Shown here one piece after another: positions 60,350-64,000 of a stretch of 64,000 nt of DNA. The DNA is taken from the sequence record OR455461.1, one strand, 5' to 3'. How positions within the stretch are numbered: position 1 is the first letter of the stretch; every line of letters begins with the position of its first letter. The notes under the pieces are model-generated. The model was not told the origin of the DNA. It made no database searches and worked only from the letters and a program-made list of their open reading frames with translations. Both the position numbers and the translations under genes were made by a program.

Positions 60350-60570
60350 TGAAGTTTGTAATTGCAGATGTGGAATTTTTTGAAAGATTGGGTTATAGCA
60401 CTAAATATTGGAGAAAATCTGTAGACGGAAATAAAACTATATGTCATCTAGAATATGCAGAAATTTTAGATAACGGTATTCAAGAAGAAGAAGATGTTTT
60501 AGTCGTTGATGCAACTGAAGCTCAAGATATTATGAATACGGAAGAATGGTCTAGTAAAGAAGAAGAATAA
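60337..60570 (+). CDS. Small protein associated with the fibre/lectin module
   Basis: WRKSVDGNKTICHL motif; likely start about 60349 overlapping the upstream stop. Confidence 0.55.
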   Translation: MELVMKFVIADVEFFERLGYSTKYWRKSVDGNKTICHLEYAEILDNGIQEEEDVLVVDATEAQDIMNTEEWSSKEEE

Positions 60571-60611
60571 GAACAAGTAAATATAATAAAAATAAATGGA
60601 GGAAATTTTTT

Positions 60612-61574
60612 ATGGCTAAAAAACATATCGGTACATGGAACGGTGTTCCTGTTTATACTGATTTTTTACCAATAGGTACACGTAGAGCTGGAGATAAGCT
60701 TAACGGACCTAAATTTATTGTTGCTCATGACACAGGAAACCCTAACACTACTGCTCAAAATAATGTCGATTACTATCGTAATTCATATAATATCGACTGG
60801 AACTATACTGCTTCAGCACATATTTTTGTTGATGATAAAGAATGTATTATCTGTGTTCCTTTAGATGAAAAAGCATGGCATGTTATGTATAATACACCAA
60901 CTGACAATGCTTGGTATGGAGCAGATGCAAACGATGCAGCTATTGGTGTTGAAGGATGTTACTTCTCTAATAGAAGTCGTTCATTAAAATCATTTGATAA
61001 CTATTGTCGTATTCTTGCTTTCTTATGTAAAGAATATAAAATTAATGCAAGCACAAATATGCCTGGTCACCAAGATATTCAGGCAGATAAACAAGATCCA
61101 GGTAACTTATTAGCTGCATGCGGTATGTCTCGTAGTGTTTCTAATGTAGATAAAAAAGTTCTAGCTTATATGAAAACTGGTGCTACTTCTACAGCTAAAA
61201 CTTCAACAGCAACTAAAGTTGCTACTAAAGAAGAAGTTGCTAAGAAAGCTCCAGCTAAACCAGCTAAAACTTCAACTGCAACTTCTAAAACTTGGAAACG
61301 TAATTCTGCAGGTATTCTATGGAAAACTGAAAAAGCTACATTTAAATGTGGTGTTGCAGTAGGTATTAAAACACGTAAAGGTGGTCCATGGACTGGATGG
61401 CCGCAAGGTCCATTTATGGCTAAAGGAGATACTATTAAATATGATGAAATTCAAGATTTTGATGGATATATTTGGGTATCAGGTAACTTTAAAGGCCAAT
61501 ACGTTTATGTACCGGTTGGTAAATCAACAGGAAATGGTAAACGTGTAGGTCCAGCATGGGGTACATTTAGTTAA
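60612..61574 (+). CDS. Endolysin: N-acetylmuramoyl-L-alanine amidase (Amidase_2) plus SH3b
   Basis: IVAHDTGN, SAHIFVD, AWH, GVE, GHQD...KQDPG; C-terminal YDEIQDFDGYIWVS...YVPVG...WGTFS. Confidence 0.9.
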   Translation: MAKKHIGTWNGVPVYTDFLPIGTRRAGDKLNGPKFIVAHDTGNPNTTAQNNVDYYRNSYNIDWNYTASAHIFVDDKECIICVPLDEKAWHVMYNTPTDNAWYGADANDAAIGVEGCYFSNRSRSLKSFDNYCRILAFLCKEYKINASTNMPGHQDIQADKQDPGNLLAACGMSRSVSNVDKKVLAYMKTGATSTAKTSTATKVATKEEVAKKAPAKPAKTSTATSKTWKRNSAGILWKTEKATFKCGVAVGIKTRKGGPWTGWPQGPFMAKGDTIKYDEIQDFDGYIWVSGNFKGQYVYVPVGKSTGNGKRVGPAWGTFS

Positions 61575-61589
61575 TTCATTAATTTAATT

Positions 61590-61618
61590 GTCCTAACGTT
61601 CATATAGAGCGTTAGGAC
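61590..61618 (+). terminator. Terminator between the two endolysin genes
   Basis: GTCCTAACG/CGTTAGGAC followed by TTATTTCTTT. Confidence 0.7.
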
Positions 61619-61689
61619 TTATTTCTTTAATAGAAGAACAGGTTATTATAAATATATAAAATGGAATAAAGAAAGGATTTGAATTCTAT

Positions 61690-62487
61690 ATGAAAACAAA
61701 AACTCAAGCTCTTGATTGGGTTAATAATCGTATTGGTCGCAGACTAGACTTTGATGGTTGGTATGGAGCTCAGTGTATGGATTTAACTATAGGTTACTGT
61801 GATTATATTTCAGGAGGTTCATTCCGTCCTTGGGGTAATGCAATTAATCTTAAAGACAATACAATGCCAGCTGGATGGGAATTAATTAAAAATACTACAT
61901 CATTCCTACCTCAACCTGGTGATATTGCTATTTGGGCTTATGCACCTTACGATGTTTATGGTCATACAGGTATTATTACTTCAGCTAACTTAAATAATTT
62001 CTATTCAATTGATCAGAACTGGTTTAACGCAGGAAGTAATGGTTCACCTGCTGCTAAAGTATTTCATGATTATACAGGTTTCTGGGGAGTAATTCGTCCA
62101 GCTTTTGGTAGTACAACTACTAAGAAAGCAGTTACTAAGGAAGTCGCTACTAAGAAAGCAGTTGTTAAGAAAGCAACTCCTAAGAAAGCAACTACAACAG
62201 CTACTTGGAAACGTAACTCTGCAGGCATTCTATGGAAAACTGAAAAAGCTACATTTAAATGTAATGTATCTTCAGGAATCATTACACGTAAAAATGGTCC
62301 ATGGACTGGATGGGCTCAAGGTCCATTTATGAAGAAAGGCGATAGTATTAAATATGACGAAATTCAAGATTTTGATGGTCATGTTTGGGTATCAGGTAAA
62401 TTTAAAGGACAATATGTATACGTGCCAATTGGTAAATCAAATGGTAAAGGACAACGTATTGGTGCCGCATGGGGTACATTTAGTTAA
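61690..62487 (+). CDS. Endolysin: CHAP plus SH3b
   Basis: DFDGWYGAQCMDL, WGNA, PQPGDI, YGHTGI, DQNW; SH3b nearly identical to that of the amidase. Confidence 0.9.
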   Translation: MKTKTQALDWVNNRIGRRLDFDGWYGAQCMDLTIGYCDYISGGSFRPWGNAINLKDNTMPAGWELIKNTTSFLPQPGDIAIWAYAPYDVYGHTGIITSANLNNFYSIDQNWFNAGSNGSPAAKVFHDYTGFWGVIRPAFGSTTTKKAVTKEVATKKAVVKKATPKKATTTATWKRNSAGILWKTEKATFKCNVSSGIITRKNGPWTGWAQGPFMKKGDSIKYDEIQDFDGHVWVSGKFKGQYVYVPIGKSNGKGQRIGAAWGTFS

Positions 62488-62497
62488 TTAAGTTTTT

Positions 62498-62522
62498 AAA
62501 GGGATTTTTATAAAATCCCTTT
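62498..62522 (+). terminator. Terminator after the CHAP endolysin
   Basis: AAAGGGATTTT/AAAATCCCTTT. Confidence 0.6.
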
Positions 62523-62572
62523 CTAACTTTTTTATATAATAAAATAATAAAGATGAAAGGAAAGAAAATTAT

Positions 62573-63136
62573 ATGTTAAAATTTAATGAAGATAATAATT
62601 TCATTATTATTAATGAAAAAGCATTTGTACCTGGTAAAGGTAAAGGTCCTTTTGTTAAACCATTTATAGCTACAGGATCTCAAATTCGTTTATATAGACG
62701 TTTAGGTTTACAAGTAACAGTAGTAGATGAAGATTATGAATATCCTAGTGATAAAGATAATAAAAAAGAAGAAAAAGCTGAAAAGAATGAAAAAGTCAGT
62801 GTTGAAAAAAGTAATGATACAACAACTGAAACAAAGAAAGATGAGAAAAGTGACTCTTCAGAAAGCAAAGAAGAGAGCGAAGTTTCTGAAGAAAGTAATG
62901 AAGAACAGTCAGTTGATGACAAAGTAGATGAACCTCAAGAAGATTCTAATGAAGAAAAAGAATCTGATAAAGTTGAAGAAGATAGTTCTGAAGAAGAATC
63001 AGAAATTAGTGAAGAAGATTTAAATGAATTCACTGTAGCTGAACTTAAAGAAGAATTAGATTCAAAAGGCGTTGAATATCCAAATAATGCACGTAAAAAA
63101 GATTTAATTGAATTATTAAAAGAAAACTCAAAATAA
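62573..63136 (+). CDS. Acidic protein with a C-terminal HeH/LEM (Rho-N-like) domain
   Basis: TVAELKEELDSKGVEYPNNARKKDLIELL after an E/S/K-rich linker. Confidence 0.65.
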   Translation: MLKFNEDNNFIIINEKAFVPGKGKGPFVKPFIATGSQIRLYRRLGLQVTVVDEDYEYPSDKDNKKEEKAEKNEKVSVEKSNDTTTETKKDEKSDSSESKEESEVSEESNEEQSVDDKVDEPQEDSNEEKESDKVEEDSSEEESEISEEDLNEFTVAELKEELDSKGVEYPNNARKKDLIELLKENSK

Positions 63137-63156
63137 GAAAGGAAGTTTAACTGATA

Positions 63157-64000
63157 ATGGCAACTACTAACTTTTATAAAGTGAAAGTATTAGATGAAAA
63201 AATAATTCCATTTTTAGGTTATAAAGAATACGGTCCTAGAGAAAATGTTATTCTTTCTGGTAGTGATTTAGCTAGTTTAAAACAAGCTGGTTGGACTATT
63301 ACTGATGTTACACCTTTACCGGAAACTGGAAAAATTAAATATGATAGACGTACTATTTATTTCAAAACTGAAGGAGAACAAGGTAAATTTATTAATGTTC
63401 CTTTCTATGTAAATCCTGTTGATGCTCGTGATGTATTTGGTTTACTTAAACTTGATTTAATCAAATTATCTGATGAAACAGTTGTAAGTACACATAATGT
63501 TAAAGATATTAAAAATGAAATATTAAGTATACCTACTTCTGATCTTGAAATTGGTGAAGAATATAAATTAAGATTATACTTCCCTAAAGATGCAGATGAA
63601 GATTATGATATAGCTATTTCTGAAGGTCATAAAGATCTTTTTGAAAGAGTTCATGATGAAGTAACTATTAAAGTAAAAGAATATGGTAAAATTACAGGTC
63701 GTCTTGTTCAATTACAACAAGATATTAATGTATATAAAGAATCTGTATTACCTTTAGAGAAAATTGTAGGATATAAAGACTTTGATTCTAAAGAGGTAAC
63801 TCCTATAAGTAAAGAGAATTTATTACAATTATTATCAGTTGAAGTTAGTGATACTAGCTTTGCTAAATTTGAACGTAATAAAAATCGCTTATTCTTCTAT
63901 AGTAAAGAAGGAAAAATAGTTGTTAAAGTTATTGAAAAGAATATTCAAGACAATATCATTAACTTTAACGTACGTATTTTAAGTGAAGAAACAGCACAAA
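63157..64000 (+). CDS. Putative virion protein, truncated at the right edge
   Basis: AAAGGA RBS, MATTNFYKVKVLDEKIIPFLGYKEYGP..., open to the window end; not in the ORF track. Confidence 0.65.
   Translation, partial: MATTNFYKVKVLDEKIIPFLGYKEYGPRENVILSGSDLASLKQAGWTITDVTPLPETGKIKYDRRTIYFKTEGEQGKFINVPFYVNPVDARDVFGLLKLDLIKLSDETVVSTHNVKDIKNEILSIPTSDLEIGEEYKLRLYFPKDADEDYDIAISEGHKDLFERVHDEVTIKVKEYGKITGRLVQLQQDINVYKESVLPLEKIVGYKDFDSKEVTPISKENLLQLLSVEVSDTSFAKFERNKNRLFFYSKEGKIVVKVIEKNIQDNIINFNVRILSEETAQ

Noticed and set aside
11186-62922. Other short overlapping ORFs (e.g. 11186, 13678, 16189, 21540, 25827, 26995, 28175, 32297, 32509, 34904, 35457, 37778, 38996, 42983, 45591, 48797, 52990, 55508, 58530, 58986, 59087, 61180, 62070, 62105, 62727, 62734)
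   Set aside because: They lie antisense or out of frame within (or almost wholly within) well-supported genes, with no RBS or motifs.
1-64000. CRISPR array, rRNA, IS transposase, reverse transcriptase
   Set aside because: No regularly spaced repeat-spacer array, rRNA sequence, DDE/HUH transposase or YxDD RT motif was recognised. The palindrome family is dispersed, not arrayed.

Overview
This AT-rich 64 kb window looks like part of a phiKZ/AR9(PBS1)-type jumbo myophage genome, probably infecting Staphylococcus (two SH3b endolysins, CHAP and amidase). It carries baseplate, tail and head structural genes, SbcD, a DnaB-like helicase, a split family-B DNA polymerase subunit, a GroEL-like chaperonin, a probable gp226/gp68-like promoter-specificity subunit, RNase HI, dCMP deaminase, three PD-(D/E)XK endonucleases and two divergent virion RNA polymerase genes. 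The clearest result is that the fragmented RNAP ORFs are two genes interrupted by five ORF-less group I introns of only 151-212 nt, with 16- and 24-nt micro-exons. Their splice sites can be read from P1 pairing and restore conserved RNAP motifs, and three introns sit in the same GGT|ACT context. Other candidates are a ~650-nt structured RNA enclosing a 47-codon ORF, two tRNA-like RNAs altered only in the anticodon loop, an anti-Shine-Dalgarno hairpin between them, and a dispersed conserved palindrome family. Also noted: a probable -1 frameshift, a probable ATT start, a recurring x-N-E head-protein motif, and AACA-N6-TA late plus AAATATATATTAT early promoter motifs. All protein calls come from motif recognition by eye; no database searches or folding programs were run.
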